Below are positions 51,401 through 63,171 of a stretch of 64,000 nucleotides of DNA, piece by piece. Location: the NCBI GenBank assembly GCA_001179505.1, contig CDMY01000301.1:65474-129473 (forward strand), read 5' to 3'. Below the pieces are notes generated by a model. The model did no database searches and was not told the DNA's origin. It was given only the letters and a program-made list of their open reading frames with translations. How positions within the stretch are numbered: position 1 is the stretch's first letter; every line of letters begins with the position of its first letter. The translations under genes and the position numbers were made by a program. The stretch is from Vitrella brassicaformis CCMP3155. Lineage: Eukaryota; Protista; Chromerida.

Positions 51401-53230
51401 AGCCATCTATCGGCTATTCATTTGAGCTATGTCCGTGCGGGCTCGCCTGGTGCTTGTGTCGAGCGCACGTATATAGCTATGCGATCAAAACCGGCGGGCA
51501 CCCATCAACCTAGCGTTCTGCTTCGATACGATGGAGCCCAGCCAGGCTATCTACCTATCTATCGGCTCATGTGAATTGACGAGAGAAAAAGAGGGAGGGG
51601 AAGCGGGAGGGGAGGGGGGTGTCTGTGTGTGAAAATCCCAGCGAAAGAAAGCGGGAAGAAGGAGAAGACGAACGACGAAAGGACAAAGAAGCACGAAAGC
51701 CACCCTTGTACCGAAGGGTAGGGTCTGTCTGTCTGTCTGCCTGCTGTGTCAGGTTGCCTCTCTGTTGTCTCTCTCGTGTCACCATACATTACATACCACA
51801 CACAACACGCAATACGCTCGGGCAGTCGGGAAATCGGCAGGCAGGCAGGCAAGTTGGTGGGTCGTCACTGTCGTGAGTGACCCACGAAAACAACAACAAG
51901 AGCAACATGACAACACTAGGAGGGTGGCTCGCTGACTCACAGACAGGCCTTTCCTTCGTTCCTTCCGTTGCTGGCTGTCAGGTCATCCATCCATCCATCA
52001 GGTCTCTGCTGTCCATCTGTCTCTGTCTGTCTGTCTGTGTGTCAAGTAGGCCGCCGGCACACCAGGCCACACTACGCCATGCAATGCAGTGCAATGAAAC
52101 TCACCCACGAATTCAGCCAATCACACATTGAGCATCCAACCTAGCCCACCCAGAATGAGTCCCATCCGTCCGTCCATCCATCCATCCATCCGTCAGCCAG
52201 ACAGCCAGCCATCCAGCCATCCAGCAATCCAAGAGTGAAAGTACGTATGAACGTCAAATTAGTGCCCCCCGTCGCCGGCGTGAAACGCCGACGCGAGGGC
52301 AGTCACGTCTGTCTGTCCTCTCGTCTGTCCGACGTGTCTCTCTCACTTCTTCTTCTTCTTCTTCTCTTCGTTTGTCCTTTCTCCTTTGTGTCTCCATCAC
52401 AAAGCGACTACGTTCGTCCATCCATCCATCCAGCCATTAATTGCGCACAGACAAGACCGACAGACAGATGTGGATAGACAGCACCACACACGCATACAGA
52501 AGGCATACACACACAGTAGATAAGGAAGGAGCACCTACATACACACGCACATATATAGGTAGGTAGACATCTTACGTAACGACCCGAACACTGGCAGGCA
52601 GATAGACAGACAGACAGAAAGCGGGCCCCAGCACAGACGGACAAACATACAGTGGTAGACAGCAAGCGGGGAAGACCGCACGCAACTCCGCCCCTATTGC
52701 AGACAGACCCGAATACCGACCAACCAACCAACCAGCCACACCACACCATCCATCCATCCATCCATCCACACAGCACACAGTAGTAGTCATGGACCAATAT
52801 GCATAGCCAGAGCCACCCAGCCATCCACCCACCCATTCACCCTCACATCAAGCCAGCCAAGTAAGGCATCACCCCAGAAAGTGACGAGCCGGGATCGCAT
52901 CGATCCACTCACCCATCCGTGCATGCGTCCCGATTGACAACAAGCCACTTCGTTGCCAGACGTACATACAATGTGAACGCTTTTCAGTTGCTTCGGTGGT
53001 TGGTTGGTTGACACGTATGTATGAGCCCTCTCCCCCCATCCCATGCACCCCCTCCCATCCCAACGGTCAGTCAGCCAGTAACCCAATCGTGATGCATGGG
53101 CGCCCTCCCTGCACACACATCAAGACGCATACACCACCAAGACACATACACAAGTCTGTCTGGAGGTGAGTGGAGGGCTCATCGCGTCGCTGGCTCACCA
53201 CTGTGTCGGTTCGCTGAGTCAGTCGATCAG

Positions 53231-56200
53231 TCAGTCTCGTCTGTTGTCGGGCCTGCCCCCTCCCGTGTGCGAGTGCTCCCGGTGGTGTCCGTGCACTGGG
53301 ATGAATCGCCTCTTTCCCGTGCTGTCCCGGTCACCGTTGCTGCCCCACGGCGAGCCGTACTCCATCAGATGGTGGGCTGGGTGGTGGTGATGCTGGTGGT
53401 GCCCGTAGCCCTTGCCATAGTCGTCTCGCTGCACGAACCGGCGCGTGGGCGCCTCGGCGAGAGCAGCCGACCGGTGTGTGTGTGTGGCCGTGGATGGAGT
53501 GTCGCGCTCGCGAGTGGGTGGGCGGTCGCGTGTGGGTGCGGGGAATGGCTGTGCCACACCGTTGCGGAACAGGATGGGCTTGTGGTCGGGATTGGGCACG
53601 GACATCAGCTGAACAAACGAACCACACGGCAGCACGAGGGAGGGACAAGTGATAGGCGTGGTGCGTATTATGCCATGCAGGTCTTACGGCAGAGTTTCTG
53701 AAGTGGTCGATGTTTGCGTCGAGGCCCTGGATGTGCGCCCAGCACACCTCCGATACCTGAGGACACACAATCCACCCGTCCGTCATTCATCATTCGTGTG
53801 CGTGGCGCATTCGTGTATGCGTGTGTGTACCTTGTTGCTTTTGAAGTGGCTGAGTTTGTGTCCGTTGAACTGCTTGGTGAACGAATCCGCAAACGACGGA
53901 TGCAGGAAATTCAGAAACGCGTAGCCGATGTTGCCTGAAGCAGGTAAGGAAGAGCACACAGCAAGTGAACGTCTGTCCACCACCAGCCGCGCATGTCGCT
54001 GGCTCTGGTGTACGTTTGTTTCTGAAGTCGATGGGCAGGTAGAAGAAGTCATACAGACCCTGACGCACACACAAGAGGACAACAGACAATTGCTGCCAGC
54101 TGTATTGATTGACGTGGCAGCTGTGTTGCTCACCTTGTATTGGGGGTCGACGATGGACTTGAGCAGGCTGACGGTGTACTTGCAGGGGATGTTGCGCCAC
54201 ATCACTGTAGTCTTGCCCTCTGTCGTGTCCACCAAACCATCTGATATCCCATACAAACGGAACACAACACCTATGATGCATGTGTGCCTCATTTTCTCAT
54301 TCTCCCCTGGCATACCCATGTTGGGCATCGGGACGTAGTCGGGATGGCTGGGCGACACCTCACCAACGTACGTCTCCACCGCATGGCCCCACCCCTCCTT
54401 CCTCGGCAGCACGGGCCGCTCCTGAGGCGTCGGCGGCCGACGTCCACCTCGCCCGTCACCGCGCAGGGGCGTCAGCGGCGTGCGGGGCGTGGCGCCCTCC
54501 CGCTTGTGTGGCGGCACATACTTGCCCGGTGTGCTGCCGGGCGTCAGAGGGGTCAGCGGGCCGCCCGAGTCATCGGCCGACCGCGGCAGACGCGAGCCGT
54601 CGCTGACCGTCCGTGGTGGCATGTCCACACGCACCGTCAGGACGTTGCGCTCCCGCCATGCCGCGTGCTGCGGCTGGCGGGGCAGCTGCTCGACGCTGGT
54701 GCGGCGGTCGGGTATGCCGATCTGCAGCGGGTCGATGGGCGTGTTGGGCGATTCGTCTGAGCTGCTCGAGCCGTTGGAGCGGCACGTGTTGACGGCAATT
54801 CGTGGGTTGCGTGAGTACGGTGGTGAGGATGCGGGGTTGCTGGGCGAGAATGACGAGTGCGTGGTGCTGGTCTGGTCGCGGAGTGACGCCAGAGGGTCGG
54901 GGAGGAACTGGAACGTGTCCGGCGACAGGCTCGCCACATCGTCAGCCGCCCAGTCGGGTAAAGGCTGCACACACACACACACACACACAGACAGACAGAG
55001 AGAGAGAGAGAGAGAGAATAACAAGTGGTTGTCTGCATTGGACTTGTGTGTGTGCTTCTCGCCTCGTCTCACCGAGTCGTCAGAGCTTCGCTTTGCCCCC
55101 AGCCGATACCCATTGTTGTTGTGGTTCTTGTTGGTGGTGTTGTGCCCGTTCCGCCCTGCCTCATTGTTGTCCCCCCACCCTCGCTCAACCCTGCCGTAGT
55201 GGCCCCCGCCCCACACACCGCCGCCCAGGCTCGGTGGCATGGGGGAGGGCGGGGCGATGGGCAGCGGCGACTGCATGCCAGGAGGCATCTGAATGGCGTC
55301 GCCGTGGTGCAGGAACGGCGTGCGGTTGGGCTCGCTCTGGGTGGCCAGCACGCCGTGTGAGAGTGTCCGTGGCCGCTCCTCGTCTTCAAAACCGGGAGGA
55401 GCGCCAACCGCAGACATGCCGACGCCCATGGACGGCTGCACGTTGGTCGTGTCGAACGGCGAGGGCGTGCCCGGCGGTGACGGCGTGGCGGCGAGGCCGT
55501 GCGGCGGGTCGAGCAGACCCCACGAGAAGACCGACTGCGGTGTCAGGTAGCGGCTGTCACTCAGGCCGGTCTGGTCGGCCAAGAACGCCGACTCGCGCGG
55601 CGCCGCCCCCTCGCTCACATCTGCTGATCGGTTGCGCTTCATGTCTGAAGGTCGCAACTCAGGTGTGGGGGGCGGCGGGCGGATGGGGCCGGGACGGATG
55701 GAGGATGATGAGGCCGTCGACGAGGGGGTGAAGCCCAGGCCGATGTTGAGTCCCAGCGACATCGGGCTGGCGTTCGGCAGCTCCCGCACATCCTTGCCCT
55801 CGCCCAGCACGAGCACGTCCGGGTGCGTAGACGGCGACATGTGCTTGGCGATGCTGATGACGCTCTCACTGCAGGCATCTGGGCTAGACCTCGATCGCGT
55901 GACGAACGTGGCCTCGTCGATGTCCCAGCCGAGTGTGGCGGGTGGTGAGGGTGAGGGGGGCATGTTGTGCGGGAAGAAGCTGGAGGGCGACGCGTTGGAT
56001 GCGGCGGGCGTGTCGTCCAAAAATTTGAGGTCGATCTCGGACTTTGAAGTCGGTGGCGGTGGCGGGATCACCTCGGGAAGGACGAGACTGCACAAGGGCA
56101 AGAAACGAAGGAGAGGTGAACACACGAGGCCCTCATGTGCGTCCGTCTGTCTGCGCCTACCGGTCATGTGCACTGGCTGCTGTGGTCGCCTTCACGTCGG

Positions 56201-56234
56201 CTGTTGTTATCTGGTGGCTGTTGCTGTCACTCAT
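53231..56234 (-). CDS. Mei2-like RNA-binding protein (C-terminal Mei2-type RRM)
   Basis: TTVMWRNIPCKYT, YDFFYLPIDFRN, NIGYAFLNF, FNGHKL..FKSNK, EVCWAHIQGLDANIDHFRNS, DHKPILF after a long disordered N-terminus. Additional 5' exons are possible. Confidence 0.9.
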
Positions 56235-57622
56235 GGTCGTCTGTCGCTGGAAAGCGGGGCGCTTGTGGCATTCACAAGGGCACGGAAGCACGGAGAAGAA
56301 GGGCACACTAGCCGATTCACGATGAGGAAGATGAAAATCGGACACTCGCAGGGACGTTTCTGCGTCAGGCCGACCGAAGAACCTGACGACACACATCCAC
56401 ACAGGGAGACGGGCGGAGAAACGAGCGAGACGGACATGCATGGTCACCATAGGCTCACGCCTCTCTCCCTCCCCACCTGCTCACCTCAGTCACTGTAAGG
56501 GCGCGAGTGCCACGTAAAGCACAAGAGGGGATGAAGGCCAGGGAAAACAGGTCTCGCAGATGGAAGGAAGGGCTGGCTCTGTCAGTTGTCCCGAGTGACC
56601 GACAGACTCAGCACGCGAAGCAAAACGCCAACAGGCCTGCCGGATGAGAGGGAACGAGCTGGCTGAAAACTTTCATCCGCTGGGATGCGCACAGTCAGAA
56701 GGGTGACGGGATGGGGGAGACGGCAGCTCGATTGCTCGACAGAGGCGGATGGCAAGCAGGCAGACTGGCGATGACGCGAATCAGTGGATCACGAGACAGA
56801 CCGGGGAGGGAGGAGAGTGCGTGGCCTGGGACGGGGACTGCAAGCAACCACGACCGACAGGCGAGGCTGTCTTGTCTGGTGGGTTGAGGTTACGCCTCCC
56901 TTGCGTTGCGTTCTAGAAGTGTAGAGGTCGGGATAACAAATCCGCCCGTAAAACACTTACTACCCTAACGATTCCGTTACCGCTCGGAGAGGTGTGATTC
57001 ATTGTTTCATTGAGCAGAAGGCCTCACACGTCCGACTCTATCTGATCCTCCCCGTTTGATTTACTTCGCTTGAGGGAGGCTGCTTGCAGCGCGCCCAGCC
57101 TCACGGGGCAGCAGAGAGATCACGAAGGACAGCACGACGTCGTGCTCCTGGAGGAGTTGACTGCCCAAAGGAATGACAAGATTCAAGTGAGAATACCGCT
57201 CCGTTGCTCGCTCTGCTTCAAAATAGCGGACAATCTCAGTTGATACACTCTTTCCCCCCTGTCTTGGTGCCGTACGAATGGACTGGTCCGTTTCTGAGTC
57301 GACTTGCAATGAGTGAGTGCACTTGACAGACCCTCTGCTCACTGCCTAAGCTCTCGCCTCTCTTGCCCGTACGATTCCAACCCCAGCACACCACCACCAA
57401 CCACGGTACACTCTCTACCTCTCTATGTACAAAACACACGTGGCGTTCACAGCTGGGCGCGCACACCGACAGAAAACTGCACAGGAGAAGTGTTGAGCTC
57501 CAAACTCTACTGTACACAGAAACTCACGTGGAACAACATGCATCAGGCATCAGGAGTGGCGTAACCACAGGAAAACTGCCACGAGAAACGGGCCCCCGTC
57601 CCTCTACACACCCGTTCATACA

Positions 57623-59861
57623 CTAGATGCCCATCCCCTCCACTAGTCCGCCGCTGACTGGCATCAGATGGGCAGAAAAATGCCTTAGAGCACTCGGCTG
57701 CTTCACGATCTTCATCCCTCTGATCTTGTGAGCCACCGTCTGTACGGCCGCCATCACCTCCGCCACATAGTCGACGTGGGACTGACACACACACACACAC
57801 ACACAAATCCCGCGGCCCTCGCCGACTTGTCTGGACGTGCACACATACCTGGGTGTACATCCGCCTGGGGAACGCTAGCCTCACAAGCTCCATGGGCGCC
57901 TGGCTCTCCACCGTGCCGTCTGGCTGCAGGCCGAACATGACTGAGCCGATCTCGACGCTGCGGATCCCTCCGATGAGGTAGAGGGCGCATGAGAGAGCCC
58001 ATGCTGGATACTCGCTGGACGGGATGTGCGGCAGCCACGAGGCGGCATCGATGTAGATCGCATGACCACCTGCACACGCCACGCAAGAGAGGGGAATACA
58101 TGGACGGCATCCGCGCGTGTGTGCTACCTGTGGGCTCAACGATGGGGATGCCCAGCTTCCTGCATTTGCGCCCAAGGTACTCGATCGAGGCGATACGGTA
58201 GTTGAGGTAGTCGCTGTTTAAGGCCTCCTTCAGACCAATAGCGACGCACTCGAGATCGTAACCTGACACACATCAGGCAGCAGGGTGTTTCAGCGATTGC
58301 GTGATAGCATATTCGTTTCTGCTGACTGACCTGCGAGCCCCCCGTAGGTGACGAAACCTTCCGTGAGGATCAGCTGGTTCCGACACGATTCGGCCACATC
58401 GGAGAGGGAGGCACTCAGCGCGATGAACCCACCGATGTTGCTCAGACCATCCTAGGGACGCACAACACACCGGCGGACAGAAGATGACTCCCCGGCTCTT
58501 GTGTCGATGTCAGCAAGTGGCGGAGGGCAAATGATGTCGATGTCGTGTGTGTACCTTTTTGGCACTCATGGTGCATCCGTCAACATGTGCGAACATCTCC
58601 TGGGCTATCGACGTGGGAGAGCGGTCCGCATACCTGTCAAATGGTTGGGGCGGGAGAAATGAGGATTTCGCGGGTAGTCGCAATCATGATCTCTCTTACC
58701 CTTTCTCTCTCTGTTTGATGAACCATGAGTTTTCCGCAAACCGACACGCATCGAGGATGAGGGGGACGCCGTGTTCGACACACACCTGACGCAAAGCACA
58801 ACCAAGGGCACGATTGTTATTTCCATTTGTGCAGACGAGGGAGACAATCCCTCCGTATGTACCTGTTTGACTTGTTTGATGTTGGTCATGCTCACGGGCT
58901 GGCCACCCCCAGAATTGTTGGTGACGGTGAGCATGACGAACGGCACCCGCTCTTTGCTGTCGCTGAGCAGTTTGCGCAATTGCTCCAGGTCCATGTCGCC
59001 CTTGAATGGGTGGTGCACGCTGGGCACTCGGGCCTCCGGGATGGGAATGTCAAGCGCCGTCGCCCCGCGGGCCTCGATGTTGGCCCTGCACACAAACATC
59101 GAGAGATACAGATACGGTAAGGGCGTCTGGTACAGAGAGATCTGCCTGATCGGTTGACCTAGTTGTGTCGAAGTGCGTGTTGTTCGGCACAATGTGCCCC
59201 GGCTTGACCATGGCATGGAACAGAATCCGCTCGGCAGATCGCCCTTGATGCGTTGGCAGCACATGTGACAGACCTGCACACCAGACACGACAGCACCGTT
59301 CGGCACCTGTCCAAATGCACTCGTGTCTGTCCGCGTCTGTCCACCTGTGATGTCTTTGACGGATTGCTCGAAATGAAACCATGACCTCGCCCCAGCATAG
59401 GATTCATCGCCCTTCATCATTGCGGCCCACTGCTGTGATGAGAGCGCCCCTGTCCCTGAGTCGGTGAGAAGATCGATGAGCACATCCTCGGCCCGCAGCA
59501 GGAACGGGTTGTAGTGCGCCTGACGGAGATACTCTGCCCGCTGGTGGAAGGTCGTCTGCACCACTGGCTCCACCACCTTGATGCTGAAGGGTTCGATGAC
59601 GGTCTTGAAGTGAAAGGGAAACTCCTCACGCTGCACGAAGATGCACGAGCGACGGATAGAAGGATGGACAGATTCATGTACCTGAGGCAGAGGACTTCCA
59701 AGATCCAGAGTCTGTGAGTCGACGCGCGGGAGAGAGGATGCGCTGATGGTCTGACCCAACACACATACGCATGGCGTGTACGCGAAGGACTCAGCGTCGC
59801 TTCCTCCTCTTACGCGATGTCCGAATGGGAACTCGCTCGACGCGTCGCCACAGGACTCCAT
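57623..59861 (-). CDS. tnaA: Tryptophanase (tryptophan indole-lyase), about 10 introns; 5' end uncertain
   Basis: EPFSIKVVEP, IDLLTDSGT, GDESYAG, THQGR.AE, HFDTTR, TVTNNSGGGQPVSM, DACRFAEN, MSAKK|D (PLP Lys), TYGGLA, GGHAIYID, ELVRLAFPRRMYT. The tryptophanase-type residues D (FDTT), I (VEIG) and H (LRHF) differ from T/R/F in tyrosine phenol-lyase. Confidence 0.9.
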
Positions 59862-60150
59862 TGGCCGATTGGGGAAGGCAGTTAAATGTCCTAAGTGAGA
59901 GAGCGGTTTCACGGAATGTCCTAAGCGGCCTGACGGCCAAGTCCCATGTCTTTCACGCACAATCAAACGACGACACGCAACAGGAATCACCCACGCACGC
60001 TCCACATGCACAGAGGAACCCAAGGAATGTCCTAAGTGGCCTGTGAGCTTGAAGCGAGAGAGCGGTTTCACGAAATGTCCTAAGCGAGAAGATGGAAGCA
60101 GACACGACAAGGCAGGACCTGGTGCGAAAGCTGCGAGCTTCCCCGAAAAG

Positions 60151-60635
60151 CCAGCTTCCTCACTGCAGATCACAGCTTGTCGGCTGCAAATGACTCATGC
60201 ATCATCACTGCGTGTTGCTTGATCATCCCCGGCCCTCGCCCACCCAAGAAGCTGACGTTTGCCGACAAGAAGCTGGACATATGTACACAGAAGCCAGCTT
60301 CCTTGACAGATCCACCAGCTTCCTCACTGCAGATCACAGCTTTCTGGCTGCAATTGACTCACTCATCATCACTGCGTGTTGCTTGATCATCCCCGGCCCT
60401 CGCCCACCCAAGAAGCTGACGTTTGCCGACAAGAAGCTGGACATATGTACACAGAAGCCAGCTTCCTTGACAGATCCACCAGCTTCCTCACTGCAGATCA
60501 CAGCTTTTCGGCTGCAAATGACTCACTCATCATCACTGCGTGTTGCTTGATCATCCCCGGCCCTCGCCCACCCAAGAAGCTGACGTTTGCCGACAAGAAG
60601 CTGGACATACGTACACAGAAGCCAGCTTCCTTGAA
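60151..60635 (+). repeat. 164-bp tandem repeat x3
   Basis: CCAGCTTCCTCACTGCAGATCACAGC at 60151, 60315 and 60479. Confidence 0.95.
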
Positions 60636-60712
60636 CAGACTGACAGCTTCTTGGCTTGAATCACATCTTTCGCATTGCAAGACACACACAGCGCTTCAGT
60701 CGATACATGGAC

Positions 60713-60978
60713 GTCAGCTTCTTGGGTGGGCGAGGGCCGGGGATGATCAAGCAACACGCAGTGATGATGAGTGAGTCAATTGCAGGCAGAAAGCTGTGAT
60801 CTGCAGTGAGGAAGCTGGTGGATCTGTCAAGGAAGCTGGCTTCTGTGTACATATGTCCAGCTTCTTGTCGGCAAACGTCAGCTTCTTGGGTGGGCGAGGG
60901 CCGGGGATGATCAAGCAACAGTCTGCGATGATGCATGAGTCATTTGCAGCCGAAAAGCTGTGATCTGAAGTGAGGAAG
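60713..60978 (-). repeat. Inverted copies (~1.6 units) of the 164-bp repeat
   Basis: Reverse complement of the unit, e.g. GTCAGCTTCTTGGGTGGGCGAGGGCCGGGGATGATCAAGCAAC twice. Confidence 0.95.
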
Positions 60979-61126
60979 TGTTGAGGAAACGATGTGTCGG
61001 CCCGCAGATGGACAACCTCGGCTATAGCCTGATTGGTTTCTCAACAGGAAGCTGGCTGTTCGGCGAAGCTCGCAGCTTTCGCACCAGGTCCTGCCTTGTC
61101 GTGGATCTTTCCGGTCCGTGTCATCG

Positions 61127-62527
61127 ATGTCATCGGACGCCGCGGCATCGCCGGCCCTCATCATATGTCATTTTCGTTCGATAGGTGGTCGAGAGGGCGC
61201 GTTCCCGGTGTGCCCTCTGTTGCTGGAGCTGCAGCTGCTGTGCCACGGGAGAGATGACGTCCAGTTCAAACCAATGCCGTTCATGGAGGCAGGTGTGTGC
61301 AGAGCCTCGCAGCAGGGGCCACAGACGAATGCTGTGAGGACTGTGCCTTGAACCTTCTGTGCTGCTGTCTTGTCTGATCAGGCGGCTATGCATTGCCCTT
61401 CGGCATCAGTCGGGAGGCCGTCATCTCCGCCTCGTCCCTCTACGGTCAGCCGGCGACATTAGCTCATTGTCAGACAATGGATGCCTGGGCCCGGCCCGGG
61501 TGTGTGTATGTGTGTGCAGAGCATGTGCAGGAGATGATGTCCGCCAGTCCGTCAGCCAAGAAGGATGACGGCCTTGCCATCGAGAAGAGCGATGACGTGG
61601 CCTTCTCGGTCATGGTGGATGAGATTGATTGCATCATCCACCACCTCATATGGGTGGACGCCGACATTTTCTCGTCCTTCACCGCCCCCCTGCTGCTCAA
61701 GTCCATGCCCTTGCCCCTCTCGTGGTGGTCTGTGGCACACGCACGGCTGGCGGCGTCGATGCAGGGTGGGGGAGGGGTGGTGGCCGACGAGCTGCACGAC
61801 ATCCTCATCGCTCTCGAGAGGCGGCTGAGGGCGCCTGTGGGACGGCAGCTGGAGGCGAGGGTCTTCTCACGGCTGGCCATCCTGTTCTCGCTGCCGTTCC
61901 CCTCGTCGAGCCCCGTGCCGGCCGTGTTGCGGTCCAAGCACGGCCTGGTGCAGTTCTGCGACTCGGTGCTCAAGAGGCAGCCGGCCCTGTGGCCCAACCG
62001 GGCGACTTTCCTGCGGGGCGCAATGCCCCCGCGGGAGAGCAGGAAGGGCAAGGAGGGGCAGGAGGGGGGCGGTGAGGGTCAGGACAAGGACGAGAGCAGG
62101 GCCAACATGCGGCGGCGGTGGTTCTACTTCGGTGCCGCGGTCTTCTCGCTGGCCGCTTACATCATGTCGGGACAGAGCTCTGTCATACACCTTTCACACG
62201 TACGTGCATGAACAGACCAGACACTCACCGACACATGCGAGATCTCATTCATTGTTATGTGAGAGCGTGTGTGTGTGTGTGTGTGTGTGTTCAGTCGGGC
62301 TCCCATCACCATCATCACCACCATCAGGAGGCTCATCCCACCCCGCCTGGTCAGGGTCCTGGGGTGCCGCCACACCCACACCCCCCGCCGCACCAGCCCA
62401 ACAACAACGGGTCAGTCAGCAGCTTATGAGGTGTTTGTATCTCCGTGGCTGGACCTTGCAGTGACGTGTTTCAATTTCTTGTGTGTGCAGGGCGCATCTG
62501 GACGAGAGTGATGAGGGCGACGTGTGA
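61127..62527 (+). CDS. Metaxin (MTX1/Sam37-like), full length with TM anchor and His/Pro-rich tail
   Basis: Metaxin-like GST-fold segments as in the 21.4 kb copy, plus RRRWFYFGAAVFSLAAYIMSG (TM), then |SGSHHHHHHHQEAH...NNNG|AHLDESDEGDV*. Confidence 0.75.
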
Positions 62528-63171
62528 ATGAATGCCGAGAGAGAAGACACCTAGACAGACAGGCGGCCTGCCGTGAGTGTGTTCATCAGGTGCATGATTG
62601 ATGAGTGACATATTAGACGATCCGTTTCTAGTGTTCCTGTCCATTCGCACGTCCCACTCGAGCAAGCGGACACTTGACAAAACACACGGACCGACCAGGC
62701 CCCACCCAGCCCACCCACCTATACACATTCACACCCACATTGACTCACACACACGGACATCAGAGCTCGGTGGACGGGCACCTGACTGAAGCAGCAGACA
62801 CCCCAACCCCAACCCCACTCGCACACACATCATCAGTACAGCAAGCGAACCCTTCATTATAAAACAATGCCCTCAATTTCTTTTCACAGGAGAGCAGCTG
62901 CCCCTACTTGTCTGCCTGACTCTTTAAGTGCACGAACTCACGGACGAACGCGTCCAGTGCGCCGTGCACAAGGCAGGCACGACAGACACAAGGAAGGCGT
63001 GACAACACAGAGAAAACTCACATCTTCTCATCGGTACGGGCGGAAGGCGATGTGAGTTGGACAACCACCTGCAGAACAACACATGTACAGCCGTGAGAGG
63101 CAAAGGATTCGGCTGGGGCCGAGAATGGCTGTCTGCCCGGTCACTTACGTGTCGAGTTGAGTAGAAGGTTG

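Larger units (their letters stand above)
60103..61103. mobile_element. ~1 kb foldback/inverted-repeat element (non-autonomous transposon-like)
   Basis: ~57-bp terminal inverted repeats (CACGACAAGGCAGGACCTGGTGCGAAAGCTGCGAGCTT... at 60103; reverse complement ending 61103), three 164-bp units in the left arm, ~1.6 inverted units in the right arm, flanked GA|...|GA. Confidence 0.6.

Noticed and set aside
46000-53000. Numerous short ORFs in the ORF track
   Set aside because: Composed of microsatellite translations (CVCV, THTH, SIHP, RQTD) with no domain signal.
32232-59861. Tryptophanase plus FAD monooxygenase as an indole/indigo pathway cluster
   Set aside because: They are over 20 kb apart with unrelated genes between, and the monooxygenase is class A (PheA-like), not a known indole oxygenase type.
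60151-60978. 164-bp repeats as a CRISPR array or a repeat-protein ORF
   Set aside because: Units are contiguous with no unique spacers, far too long for CRISPR repeats, no cas genes are present, and 164 is not a multiple of 3, so the ORFs shift frame each unit.
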